From contig JAGIQG010000018.1 in assembly GCA_024679065.1 (NCBI GenBank), positions 27,590,001-27,654,000 of the forward strand: a stretch of DNA of 64,000 nt, in the 5' to 3' direction. The stretch's first letter is position 1. Each line of letters begins with the position of its first letter. The notes under the pieces are model-generated. The model was not told where the DNA came from. It did no database searches and was given only the letters and a program-made list of their open reading frames with translations. Shown piece after piece: positions 11,877 to 24,405 of this stretch. The DNA comes from Sphyrna mokarran (Eukaryota). The position numbers were made by a program, and so were the translations under genes.

Positions 11877-13159
11877 AAGTGTAAATATAATTGCTTTGAG
11901 CTGTGTGAACCTGGAAAACCATAAAACCAACAAATACAGCATGAAAGTTGACATTTAAATGGTTGTGATAGTATAAGGTGGAAAATAAAATGAGTAAAGG
12001 AACTTGAATGAATTGCAACATTCTTCTTGCACAAGATCCTTGACAACTGAGGCCGTGTGGAATTGACTGATTTTATACTAAGGCACAATATTTCAAAGGA
12101 CATGTTTATGAAACATTACAATAGAAATGTGTCTCCCAACTGAAAAAAGGCAGCACCATATAGATGGTGAATAAACCAAAGATTTGATAGTAATTTCTAG
12201 TTATAAAAATGTACCTTTTGTAGATGACTAAACATTTCCAAAATAAATATTGCCTCGACAGAAAGTTATTAAAATAAAGTAAAAATATCGTTACAAATCT
12301 CCAGTTATATAGCTGTGTAATTGATGAATGAATTTCGATATACATAACTGTAAGGTGGTACATTTGATAACAAGATTGTGGAGGCTATATACACCTTGGA
12401 AAGTAAAGATGGTATTTTTCCACAGGCTTTCAGACCCTGCAGACAAGATTAAATACAAGACTAGAGTCTGAACTTGCCCAGCAGCAGAGAAGTGTTCTCA
12501 GAAGTGACGTGTTTTCTAGTTGCCTCTAAGCTCACTGTATCGATAAGAGATTGAGTGAACATGCAAAGTTGCTGGCCCAGTCAGAGGATTATAAGCCTTG
12601 GCAGCCCCACTGGAAATGTGGGACCAGTTTGGGCCGAAGGGCCTGTCTCCATGCCATAGATTCCATGATTCAAGTAACGACATTCTATGTCAAAGATATT
12701 AAAATAAAAATAAACATGCTTACTTATACATCAAGCCAAACTTCCTCATTCAACTTTCCTCTGCACCCATTTGATTTAGTCTCAAGTGAGAAGCTTATCT
12801 GAAATTGAAAGCTTAACCACTTGGTCTGAGCACTGTTCTGAAGGCTGAAGCTTCTTCTGCCTTCCACTTAGTTCTGGCAAGATTTTTTTTTCATATCTCC
12901 TCCAATTGTCCCACAGTTATAGACACCCAGTTCAACACTAGTGTTGCTAACATCTTAAGCTTATTCACCTGGAGTCTGAACTCAGCTGGTTCAAATGTTG
13001 TTTAACTCAGGAGTCTTGTCTCTAAATCTCTCTCACACTCCTCAGCTTGACTATCCCTAGAAGCTCAACTCATTGTTAGGAATCTTTTAGTACGGCAAAG
13101 TTTTGAATTCTTTTAGCTAGCCTGCAGAGTTTCAAATGAACTCTGCTGAAAAGAGATAT

Positions 13160-13430
13160 TTGGTAGGATTTTAAAAGTCAACCACCACCCCCCCCACCCC
13201 CAGACACACAATTGTGTCTTCTGGCAGTGGAAGTACTTCCCATTGGAGGTGGGCAGGATTTCACAGATGCACCATAGTCTATGACGTTTTGCATGCCTTG
13301 CACCCTTTGCTCCTGGAGAACCCAAAATGGGGGGAGCCGGGGGTGTGAGGGGGAACTGGGGGGAGCGGTCATAACTGGCAGCAGGATAGGAAGATTCCAG
13401 TGGCAGGAAAGGATTGAAAATTCCGGCCCT
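13160..13430. mobile_element. MITE-like element with Harbinger-type TIRs
   Basis: GGTAGGATTTT / GGGCAGGATTT at the left and GAAAATTCCGGCCC at the right end. Confidence 0.5.
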
Positions 13431-13819
13431 GTCTATTCTGCAGCCAAATTGTTCTGGACTCTCTAAAGCCGTGCTTGAAACTGTGTCCTGGAATTCCAGA
13501 TAGCAGGGTGTTGACAGTTGCAGACAAAGCTGTTATGTTTTTGGTCCTGATACTTTTAAAGATCAATCAGTACACAAGTAGATGCAGGAAGTGATTAACA
13601 TTGCGATTGGTTTCTATTGCTGTTGCGGTCAAACCAACGAGAAAACGTGGATCTTCTAATCGCACAATGCATTGTCTTGCAGATTATGGCAAGCCAGACA
13701 AAACGTACAATATATTACATATTTCTAGAAATATCAGTTTCATCAACTATTTTCTTAATTCGGGAAAGAGGATCAATTGCCTCATAAACAATACATGGGT
13801 TTGATTTATCTATAGCTGG

Positions 13820-14420
13820 GGCACTCAGGAGATCTTCTCTACCAGTGTAGGTTGTGGTGGACTTCTGGTACGTTTACAGAGTAATGGAGACTAATGTTAA
13901 TTTAGGACTTGTAGCCAAACTTGTAGTTTTATCTAATGTCATAAAGGTGAAGTGACTTCAACCTGAGTTGAGTGGATTGGGGAGTTAGACTGGAGTAGAC
14001 ATTTCTTGATCTGGGAAGTGAGCTCCTCCACAAGAGGTGCATCCCAAGGTGGAGCTAGATTCGACACAGGATGATGTGTTTAGGCTTCAGAAGATCAGAG
14101 CAAGTGTACACTGCCCATCTCATCAGTAAGAATGCTGGAGATGATTCAGTCATAGCATATTTGGATAGGTCAGCAGAAATGTGTCCAGACACTTTGGAAT
14201 TGAGGAATGTCCTTGCCAAAACCTTAAAGTGTATTTCATGGTTTGAGCAACTCTTTCTGCTCATCCATTGGTGGATAGGTGGTATAGTCTGGAGATGATG
14301 TGATTAATTCCATAACTTTTCAAAATACTCTCAAACTCCTGAGAGACAAATTGAGCTCCATTGTCTGTTGCACTGGTAACTTGTACTGATTGAACAGTTC
14401 TCTTTGTCCATTGATTGTAC
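13820..14420 (-). pseudogene. Gypsy/Ty3 LTR-retrotransposon integrase remnant
   Basis: ORF 14261-14467 TDNGAQFVSQEFESILKSYGINHIISRLYHLSTNG matches the rve core (SDNGPQF...YHP.TNG); continues SPAFLLM in ORF 14055-14264. Confidence 0.85.
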
Positions 14421-14451
14421 TCTGAGTAGTAACAGAGGACATCACTGAAAC

Positions 14452-14837
14452 GGGGAGGCAATGGCACAGTGGAATTGTTACTAGACTAGAATCCACAGAT
14501 ACGAGGTAATGTCCTGGGGATTCAGGTTCAAGTGCCAACGCAGCAGATGGTGGAATATGAATTCAATAAAAAAATGTCTGGAATTAAGAATCGATTATTG
14601 TTGATTGTCATAAAAACCCATCTAGTTTACTAATGCCCTTTAGGGGAGGAAATTTGCCATCCTTACCCAGCCTGGCCCACGTGTGATTCCGGATCCAGAG
14701 CAATGTGGTTGACCCTTAACTGTTTCCCTGAAATGGCCTAGCACTCAAACCACTCAATTCAAGAGCAGTTAGGGAAAGGCAATAAATGTTGGCCAGCCAG
14801 TGATGCCCACATCTCATGAATGAATAATAAAAAAAAA
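14452..14837 (+). mobile_element. tRNA-derived SINE (second family) with CR1/L2-type tail
   Basis: A/B-box-like head TGGCACAGTGG...GGTTCAAGTGCC; body AAACCCATCTAGTTTACTAATGCCCTTTAGG; tail GATGCCCACATCTCATGAATGAATAA; related copy at 53430-53810. Confidence 0.75.
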
Positions 14838-15389
14838 CTTTGGCCATTTGGAATGAATGTTATCAACCACCATGAACATTGAAACTGTTCTTTATTACTG
14901 TTGCACTCAAACTCATGAGAAAACAGGGATCCTGAGATCCCACAGTACACTAGCTTACAAGCCAAACATCCAGTACCTAACAGTGGCCTCCAATAGTGGG
15001 CTAAAGAGAGGCACAGTGCATGCAACAGCAGTTGAAGGAACACAGATTTTGCAGAAAATTATAGGGCTGAAGGAGACTGCAGTGAGACAAGATAGAAGGA
15101 GGCTGAGTGCAGAGGATAGGCCAATCTTTATACAAGGATTTGCTTCTGGTTGAGATGAAATACTCCTTGGCCTCCTAGACTACAAACAATGTAGCACTTA
15201 CAGCTGACCCTGACAATTCCTGCCTCTCTTTAGCTGCCATGTTTCTCCAACCCTGGGAATCCAGATGACAACTGGTAAATGCAAATAGCTATCAACATCT
15301 GAGCAAAGAATCTTCTTTAGATATTATAATTGAGAGCCCACTTCCCCAGAGCAGTTTACTCAGGTAGACCAAACTCATTGCAGTAAAAT

Positions 15390-15716
15390 GGGGCAACGTG
15401 GTGGCACAGTGGTTAGCACTGCTGCCTCACAGTGCCATGAATCCAGGTTTGATTCCTGGCATGGGTCACTGTCTGTGCGGAATCTGCACACTCTCCCAAT
15501 GTCTGCAAGGGTTTTCTCCAAATGCTCCGATTTCATCCCACTATCCAAAGATGTGTTGGTTAGGTGGATTGGCCTGCTAAGTTGACCCTTAGTGTCAGGG
15601 GCACAAGCTAAGATGAGTGCATGGGTTTTGGGTTTAGGGTATGCGTGGGATATGGTCAGAACAGACTCGATGGGTCGAATGGCCTCTTTCTGCACTGGAG
15701 GGATTCTGTAGTTCTA
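15390..15716 (+). mobile_element. HE1-like V-SINE, full length
   Basis: GGTGGCACAGTGGTTAGCACTGCTGCCTCACAG head through GATGGGTCGAATGGCCTCTTTCTGCACTG tail. Confidence 0.92.
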
Positions 15717-15857
15717 AACCAGATGTAAATAGCTGTAAACATCTGTAAAAATAGATGTAAACATTTACCACAGGTTGGAATCAGGTTTCAAAAATTGAAC
15801 CAATTGAACCTCTTCTTTTGCCGACATGGTTCGGGACAAATGTTTAAAATTCCCTCC

Positions 15858-16240
15858 TTAGAATCATACAGCACAAAATCTTATGCTTCATTTTGCTACT
15901 TTGAGAGAGAGACATCCAATTAATTTCCCTGCTCTGTCCTTGTAGCCCTGCAATTTTCTTCCCTTGAAGTACTTACACAATTTCCTTTTGAAAGTTATTA
16001 TTGAATCTACTTCCACTATCCTTTCAGGCATTGCTTCCCAGATCATCATAACTCTCTGCATTAAAAAAAAATTCTCTCCTCACCTCTGGCTCTTTTACGA
16101 ATTACCTTCCATCTGCGTCGCCTAGTTACCAACACTTCAGTCTGTAGAAACAGGTTCTCCTTATTTATTTCTCTTAAAACCCTTCATGATTTTGAATGCT
16201 TCTATTTAATCTTCCTTTAACCTTCTCCACTCATAGGAGA
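15858..16240 (-). mobile_element. CR1 LINE 3' fragment
   Basis: TTTCCTTTTGAAAGTTATTATTGAATCTACTTCCAC...CCTTCATGATTTTGAA. Confidence 0.75.
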
Positions 16241-16584
16241 CCAAGTCCGGCTCCCCAGATAAAGGAGGAATGGCTGGAGGTGGGAAGGGAAGAGGAGGTG
16301 GATGGGCGGGAGGGATCACCGTGAGAAACTAGATCAGGGACAGAGCTGTAACTTGGAGTTCAGTCCGACCGTGTTCAGTGATGGTGACTGATGGATACGA
16401 TTGGTAAATGGGTTCAATAGCCATGGGATGTGAGCACACAGTTTCTCTGCTTTCACCCTAATTAATCTCCTCTCCATAGTCAAGATGGCTTTCCAAAAGT
16501 AGTATCACAATTTTCTGTTTGCAATCTCATCAATGCTTTGCATGGATTTCACATTTTATCTTTGCATTCACATGGTATGCATAG

Positions 16585-16780
16585 TTTAATTTGATTATTG
16601 TTGTCACGTTTTGGGATACAGTGAAAAGTATTGTTTCTTGCATACTATACAGACAAAGCATACCGTTCAGAGAGTACATTGGAGAGGAGAACAGGAAAGG
16701 GTTTAAAATATAGTTTTCCAGTTGTAGGATGTAGAGAAAGATCAGCTCAATATGTGATAGAACCATTTAGGAGCCTGAAC
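16585..16780 (-). mobile_element. Rex1/Babar-like LINE 3' end
   Basis: GGGATACAGTGAAAAGTATTGTTTCTTG is the reverse complement of 11815-11842. Confidence 0.75.
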
Positions 16781-17424
16781 TCCATAGCCGTCACAGAATT
16801 GGTTATAAGTTTTGTAAAAATGGTTGTGCTGTTCAATTATTTGCATTGAGATCTTTGAAAAAAACATTAGTGTTATGAAAGTCACGGTGCTCTCCATGAT
16901 TCCTGCAAATTGGGTCCTTCTAACACTCCTTAAGTGAGACAAAACAAGAAAGTCTTTTTTTAAATAATCATCAATGAAAAGTGACACGGTTCTGTTATGA
17001 TAAAAAACAAACATGAAGCCCAGGAGGTATTATTAACTCAACAGCAGTCACATACAGTACTTCATTGTAAATGGGTTATTCAGATGGTTTTCCCTGTAGA
17101 TGGAGATTTTGTTTCGTTGCGTTCTCCAGTCTGAACTGAACATATTATGACAGTTAGTGCATTTCTAAAACATGACAAAACATGATGTAGAAATTCTCAT
17201 GCTTTTGCTGGTCTGTTTTGTCCAAGGAATGAATACTGTCAGTGACCAGAATGATTTCTTGTTGCTGCGTTAATTTTGTTCAGCTCAGCTCAGAGCAGCA
17301 AGGATCACAAATGATAGCCATCAGCAACTCTTCACAGGATTATTTGATCAGATCAAGATGTATCTTCCAGAGTTTTCTATCTCTAAAGATGAGCATTTTT
17401 CTTTGATTTGGCGCTCATAATAAC

Positions 17425-17835
17425 TGATTTGATTTGACTTGATTTCTTATTGTCACATGTATTGGGATATAGTGAAAAGTATTGTTTCTTGTGCACTATA
17501 CAGACAAAGCATACTGTTTATAGAGCACACAGGGGAGAAGGAAAGGAGAGGGGTGCAAGGTGTAACAGTCTAAAGTGTAGAGAAAGATCAACTTAATATA
17601 TGGTGGATCCGTTCAGAAGTCTGACAGCAGCAGGGAAGAATCAGTTGGTATGTGATCTCAGACTTTTTAAAAAGAAGGTGGAAGTGAGTATGTTTGGGAT
17701 GTGTAGGATCCTAGGTTATGTTGAGAATCAGCACTGCCTTCCTGAGGCAGTGGGAAGTATAGACAGAGGCAATGGATGGCAGACTGGTTTGCCTGATGGA
17801 GTGGGCTACATTCACGACCCCTTGCAGTTTCTGAT
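17425..17835 (-). mobile_element. Rex1/Babar-like LINE 3' fragment
   Basis: (GATTT)n tail, GTGAAAAGTATTGTTTCTTG, GAAGTCTGACAGCAGCAGGGAAGAA. Confidence 0.75.
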
Positions 17836-18529
17836 GGTAATTTCTCAATTAAGGCATGCAGAAAGTTCACCGGCTGGCATCGTAACTAACTGCCTTCTAC
17901 TTGCAGTGCAGACTCCCGATTGCTTGAGAGCCCGCCAGCTCACTATAAATGGCATTTCAGCCCTTTGCCCTCATTCACAAGGAACAAATATCCATCAAAA
18001 TGGAAGGCTTTTTGATAAAACAAAACATTCCTCCCAGTAAAGGATGAGCTTTCTTGAAATGGTGTGGATTCTCTCTCATTTATTAATACAGCTCCTACAC
18101 CCACAGATATTTTATCAGGATCATTAGAAGTCGGCACAATCACTCTGCTGGAAAGATCAAATCTCTTGATGTCATACTTCAGAACATTCCTTTGGTTCCT
18201 CCTGACAGAATTAGCTGTTTGAATCTTGTCCCAGCCAAGCTGAAGCACTTGACATCTCATTATTTGCCTCAGCTGTTTTCAGCCTCACCTTCGCTTACCT
18301 AATTAAGTAACTCATTGAATATATTATTCATAATCCAGCTCGCATTACTGGCAGGAAACATTGACACGTTTTCAGAAGAGGCACACTATCCGGTGCAAGC
18401 TGAAGGAGCCAACCTCATCTTCCGGCTGGGCACGTTGAAGTCGGGTCTCAACTTTGAATTGGGCAGCTTTGGATTGCGACCTTTCTCCTCCATCTCAAAC
18501 CCATCAATTTTTAAAATGTCCCACACGTC

Positions 18530-18645
18530 AGGCAGAATTCTCCAGCCATTCATGCCAGTGGGGTTTTCTGGTCCCGCTGCAATGAACAAAAATTCTGCAT
18601 CTTCACTTGCAGCGGCAGGCGGGCATGAGTTGCTTGGAAATACCA
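18530..18645. mobile_element. Short MITE (Harbinger-type TIR)
   Basis: GGCAGAATTCTCC start; related to 50748-50877 and 62755-62835. Confidence 0.55.
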
Positions 18646-18650
18646 GCCGT

Positions 18651-18866
18651 AGAATCCCTACAGTGCAGTAGGCGGCCATTCAGTCCATTGATTCAACACC
18701 GACCCTCTGAATGAGCACTCTACCTTGGCCCATTCCTCTGCCCTATGCCCGCAACCCCATGCGTTGATCATTGCTAGTCCATCTAACCTGCACATCTTTG
18801 GATTGTGGGAGGAAACCAGAGCATTTGGAGAAGACCAATGCGAGAACAGGGAAAACATGCAAACTC
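18651..18866 (-). mobile_element. 5'-truncated HE1-like SINE
   Basis: AGAATCCCTACAGTGCAG tail; CACATCTTTGGATTGTGGGAGGAAACCAGAGCA V-domain (antisense). Confidence 0.88.
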
Positions 18867-21800
18867 GACGTGTATGATGCCCCCTCTCCCACATGTGTAG
18901 TCAGCTATATTTTGTTCTTAAAGTTGTGACATATTTTGCAATCTCTCAGTTACACTTTAAAATCTAACACATTCTCTCTCTCTTTAGTTCTGACAAAGAA
19001 TCAAAAGGGCTCGAAACATTATCTGTGCTTTCTTCCCCATAGATACCACCAGGTCTGCTGTGTATTTCAGCATCTTCTTTTGACTCAGGAGGAAAGTCAT
19101 GCAGCATGAGGACAGATATAATGTTGTGCCAGTAACTGATTACTGTGAGAGATCCTGCCTGCTACATAAACCTCTGGCACAATTACTGTAATCATTGCTT
19201 ACTCATCAGAATCGTTGATCAGATTTATAAAATTTAACTGAGCTACCAGTGTATAAAACTTTTTTTTTGCCACTATTGAGAATAAATGACAAAGTGACAA
19301 GCGTTATCATGAATAATAAGGCTTGGATCTTGGCTGATGTGAGCCAACTCGGGAGTACTCTAAAAATGCCGAGTGAAACCTGATTCTGGGATTAAACCTC
19401 AATTCCTCTCTTGGGCAATTTTTTGCTAGCATGGGAAAGGGGTGCGGATAGCCCCCTGTATGCAATATCCTGGCCTTGTCAGATCCATTGCTAAGGTGAA
19501 CAGTCCAAATCTGCAATTTTGTGCAATTTCTTTGGAGTGGGACCACTTCTATAAGAATACGTGATTCATGACCCCTCGGAGGAGTTTTTAATCGTAAGGG
19601 AATCCCAGTTCCAAATGCAGAACAAAAAAAAAGTCACCTGCTTCTGAATTCGTTCATTCATAGACTTTAAAATGCAATAAAACCCATTCTTTCAGCTTTG
19701 ATAGATAACTGTTGCATTGTAAATTAGATGTGTCTTTACTGTTATGATTGATTATAGGGCTTTGTCCTGCAAAGGCAAGCTGATCAGCATTGTCTTATGT
19801 TGAGATGCATTAAAGTAATTTTTGCAAGGGAAAAAGTGCTGTTATGTATTCAGTGCTTGAAGAAAACATACTTGGGAAATTTATTTGGCATGATCGGAAG
19901 ATATTTAAGTGATCACACACCTTTACAACTGATAGAATACTGCTCTGTAGCTTTCACTTAAAAAAAAACAAACATTTGCTCCAGTGTTTTGATTGACAGC
20001 CCATCTGCTGTAGCTGTGTAAAAGCCATAGCCATCTGTTCTTGTAATTTCAATATGCTTCATTATTTGTGAGTTGCATTGACTTGTTTGATAGCTGAACC
20101 CATTATGAATACTTGGTTGATTTTCAGTAACTACACAACCACGTATTTGATTAGAGTGCTGTTTTGACTGTTTGACAGTTTAAAGACATTATTAAAGGAT
20201 TATCTCTCTTTGACATGGTACATGGATGTGTTTGTTTTTACAAGAGAGAATTAACATTTTTTGAATGGGTTTTTCGAGAATGTTTTTCAGAATATGTGGT
20301 TTAATGATAGCTCCATTAGCTTGTCAGAAGTTGCTTCTATTAATAGAAGAAGGTGTCAAGGATATGGCATCTGAGATCTTCCCATGATCGTGTGAGTGGC
20401 TATGGAAGATACTTGTGGGTATGTGAGGAATGGTGGCAAGAGAGAGCTGCGTGGGGGCAGGATGGGGCATAAGGATCATGGCAGGTGTTTGACGGTCCAA
20501 TATTCTTCATTATAACTGGGCTGATGTGGGGGTGTTCTAACCTGACTTACCTGGCCATTCACCCACCTCTATTGCCACCTTTGGCTTTGCCTGGGGAAGC
20601 AGTGGGTCAGACTTCAGCTCGGCCTGGAGCAAGAATAGGGCTGGCAGGAGTTTATTCAAGGGAAGCAACCTTCCCACATTCTCCGCACCGAGAGTTGTAA
20701 TTTCAGAGAAATTCAGAAAAGCAGGATCATTTGATATTGATTGAACAGTCTCGAGAATCGAACATCAATTCATTTTGTGCTTAAAATATGTGCCCGTTTG
20801 TTTGCAGTACTTGAGAAATCTGTCAGCAATCGAATAAAAGTTAGGATCTCCGGATGGAACAATGATAGAATTCATCAGCCCAATAAAATGTAGGAGAAAC
20901 ATAGCAGCTAATTAAAATAGTTACTTAGCAACAATTAAGCCACAACTTTTGCTTGTAGAGGGTGAGGATTCGCAAACCAGACTCCACACTAAATTCCATC
21001 TGTCAACAGCATCTCTTCGTTGTACATGAGTAATATCTTTTTTGGTGCTTGGTCTGATATGATTTTGCGTGACATTTCAGAAAGTAAAATTCCGCTGTAA
21101 GGTCTGCTTGTTGCTAGGTAAAATATTTGCACTTTAAAGCCCCCCAAAATATACAGGAATGAATGAAAATGTAGGCCTTAAGAAGTAGAATATGGCTAGA
21201 ATCCTGCAATTCAATGGTCTCCTCTCCAACTCTGAAACACTTAGGGAATTTTGACTAAAAAATGCATATAAATATAATTAAATACTAAACACATTACTGA
21301 TGCCCTCTGATGCCAAGTTCAACTTCACCAACAAGCAAGCTGCCATCTGTAACTCCTTGCTGCCATCTACTGATGAACACTGAGTAAGCTGCTAAAATCT
21401 GTGCAGCACCATTCACCTGAATCAAGCAACCATTTAACCTTCGTGGTAAATCTAATCTTTCTTAATTTCATTAAGACTCAGAGAAAAAGGTCAGGTTAAA
21501 AATCTGCTTTTAAGTGTGACAAGTTACTATGTTGATATGATCATTTTCCCCTGAGAAAATATTTGGAGATTTCAGACATAGACTATACAGATTATACACC
21601 ATAGTATATGGTCAATTAAATGTTCTTTTTCATTGGATTTTATTATGTGCTCTTAAGAAAGTTAATCACACAATCTGCAACATCTTCCGCTTGTTGTCTG
21701 TTCACTTTTGCTGCAAAGTTTCCCTTTCAAAATATGCTGATATTAATTTTGCTTTGGGTCCGAGATAACGTCTCCAGCTCCAAAATTCTTCAGATAAATA

Positions 21801-21928
21801 TTCATTAACCCATTAAATATTCATTTACCTTTACTGAACCGACCGTCGTTTGTTTCTTGCACAGTTCACAATAGTCCAGCATTAGCATCGCTGCCAAGTT
21901 TGCTGATCCATTTTGTTATTGATTTCAG

Positions 21929-21976
21929 GATCCAAAGGCAGAGTGCAATAGCTGTGCAGACAAAGACAACAATTCA
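21929..21976 (+). CDS. Candidate 48-nt exon of an unidentified gene
   Basis: ttttgttattgatttcag|GATCC...AATTCA|gtgagt; two open frames (DPKAECNSCADKDNNS or IQRQSAIAVQTKTTI); lies in repeat-free DNA. Confidence 0.45.
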
Positions 21977-23721
21977 GTGAGTACAAACATTTCAGCGTTG
22001 TTTTCTCGTCTTTAATCGTCTCAGCTCCCTGCTGAGATTACAAGTCTGACCACAGTATTCATGTGTAATTAGAGGAAGTAAGCCTGGTCATGCAAGGAGT
22101 ACTAATGGCATCTCTGCTGGCAACCCAATATTTGCATAGACTGCTTTGCCTTTGCTAAGTTGATCACCGGAAACTTCATTTTAATGATTCTGTTATAGCA
22201 GAAAAAAGGGGACCACAAACATACCTAGAGGATCTAGCTAATGCTGATGGAGATTACAGGATATTGAATTTTGTCTGTGGCTATGTTACCATTGAATGTT
22301 ACTTAAAAACAAGGAAGCAAAGTGTATTAATTCCATTACAGCAGCATTTATAAGGTAGGTATTGTGAATAAATTAATGTGACCTTCAGAAAAAGTGTACC
22401 TGTATCTTTCTACTTTGCCTCTGTTGTTCAGTTTAGTAAATGTACAAAATTTTCAGCACTGATGTCTTATCACTCTTGAGGTCTTTATTCCCTCCCAGGG
22501 ATTTAATCGTTTCTATAAGCCATCAAATTGTGGTCAAACATTAACGTACTTGATTTATATAAGAATGGAAATTCAAAATTGTAGAAAACTGTGTCCATTT
22601 ACAGCTGTCTCAGTGATTACTCAGAAACTGGGACAGACTTAGTCTCATGTATTTAGAATATAGTAGGATTTGTTTTCTTAATTTTGCCAGTGCAGTTCGT
22701 GCTTGATCTCAACTGTGTGAGGAGAAAGCTAATCGTACCACTTCAGAATCCCACTCCCCCTGATGTTTAAATATTAAAGGATCACAACCATATACAAAAA
22801 AAGCAATGACAATAAAAGTTGTGTAATCAGGTTGTGTTCATCAAGGAAAGTACTGATGAGTGGAAATAAAAGATGGATTAATAGCAAGTCAGAAAATTAG
22901 AAATAAGCTTTGTCCTTTGCACAGTGCAGTGTCGGAGAGGCAAGAGTTTATAAAACATTGTAAAAATGCTGTCTTTTCAACCCTGCTTTACGTGCTCATC
23001 CTTATGTCTGCTGAATAATGTTGGGGAGATCTCCCGAGAATCACTTACGGAATGGTTTGCAAAATTAAAAATATGACCATCCATACCTGATGTGCTAGGA
23101 AAACAAATTTTTTCTGGTATCTTTTGGATCACCATCTCTGTAAAGTATGGCACTACTGGGATTTTTACATGACATTCAAAAACAGGAGTGAGTTACTTTT
23201 GTCAAAATGGCAACACCATTATGAGGGAGCCTGTAATAATGAGAAGTGTACAATGTTACCACACAGCACGTCTGACTTTAATGTGCAAAGTCACAGGTGG
23301 GAGAGATTTATAGATTGAGAATCTGTTGAGGGAAAATAAAGGTCAGGGAGTAGTGCAAAGCAACAGCATGACCTTTTCTGACTGATCTCGTTCAAAAGTG
23401 TTAAATCACTCAAAGCTCAGGATACAATCCTGACCCGAGGACAATTTGCGAGTTGCTGGTCGGGAGGTACATAGATTAGTTGGTCTCAAAGTCCTGGTGG
23501 CCTTGTTTATTTGACTGGCCGTGTCTCATTAAAAATGACCAGTGAATATGAAAGGTAACCTGCAAGCTCCCAGTTTGGAAAAAGTCTGAGCCAGGTCTGT
23601 TCTCAGATGGTAGGGGACGGGCGGGGTGGTGATCTCAGTCTGCCAGTGCTATCAAATAAATGATTATTTACCCTCTGGGCTCCTTGGCTGGATTGACAGT
23701 TTATAAAATTGCCATCATCCC

Positions 23722-23900
23722 AGATGACCACAGGCTGTTCTCCCCTTTGAGGATTTAACCCATGGATCTCCACACCTCAGGCAAGGTTGAGAAGGCAGGA
23801 CCTTCTCGGATAACCCAGCCGGTGGGAGAAATTGGACCTGTGCTGTTCGCAATGCTTCACGTCACAAAGGGCCTTCCAGCTAACTGAGCTAACCAACCCT
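23722..23900 (-). mobile_element. tRNA-derived SINE (third family), degenerate
   Basis: Minus strand starts GGGTTGGTTAGCTCAGTTAGCTGG (A box) with GGTCCAATTTCTCCC (B-box-like). Confidence 0.65.
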
Positions 23901-24044
23901 TGCTGCTTGCATGGTCTGCTCGGTTGCACCCTAAAATGCTAATCAGGGTCCTGTAAGCACCATAGGATTTAAACTTGTATCTTAAAAAGGGCTGCCAATT
24001 GACTTCAGCATTCCAGTCACCCTATAGCAGAGTGTGGGAAACAG

Positions 24045-24405
24045 TAGTGCAGTTAATTATATTATTGGATAATAAATCTGGAGAATTGAAGTTGGAGTTT
24101 GAGTGCTGTGGCGGCAGGGTGAAATCTTGCATTCAGCTTTGAAAAAGAGACACCTGGAACAAAATGGCAGCATCAATCAAAGTGATCATGAAGCTTTTGG
24201 ATTGTTATAAAATTCCAGCTGCTCCTTAATATTCTTTAGAAAAGCAAATCTACGATTCTTACTCAGTCTGACCTAAATGTCATCCAGACCAAAGTGGTCA
24301 GCACTGCCTCTGAGTTGGGCTAGCATGCTATCAAACCATTACAGCTGCCTCTCCTCAGGTATAACTAGTGATGGATAATGATTGTGGCCTTGCCACTCAT
24401 GCTAC
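24045..24405 (+). mobile_element. Degenerate copy of the second SINE family
   Basis: Alignable by eye to 14452-14837 (CTTACTCAGTCTGACCT...GCCTCTGAGTTGGGCTAGC). Confidence 0.5.

Larger units (their letters stand above)
18360..19085 (+). mobile_element. Penelope-like retroelement 3' end (ORF C-terminus plus family-B terminal repeat), interrupted by a MITE and a SINE
   Basis: Peptide NLIFRLGTLKSGLNFELGSF (ORF 18315-18671) resembles the end of PLE GIY-YIG proteins; terminal CTGACAAAGAATCAAAAGGGCTCGAAACATT...CCAGGTCTGCTG at 18990-19075. Confidence 0.65.

Noticed and set aside
15390-15460. tRNA genes at SINE heads
   Set aside because: A/B boxes run directly into SINE bodies; no complete cloverleaf or oligo-T terminator
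17943-18260. Possible Gypsy RNase H remnant (SVGVGAVL)
   Set aside because: Single short motif; too decayed to call without a profile search
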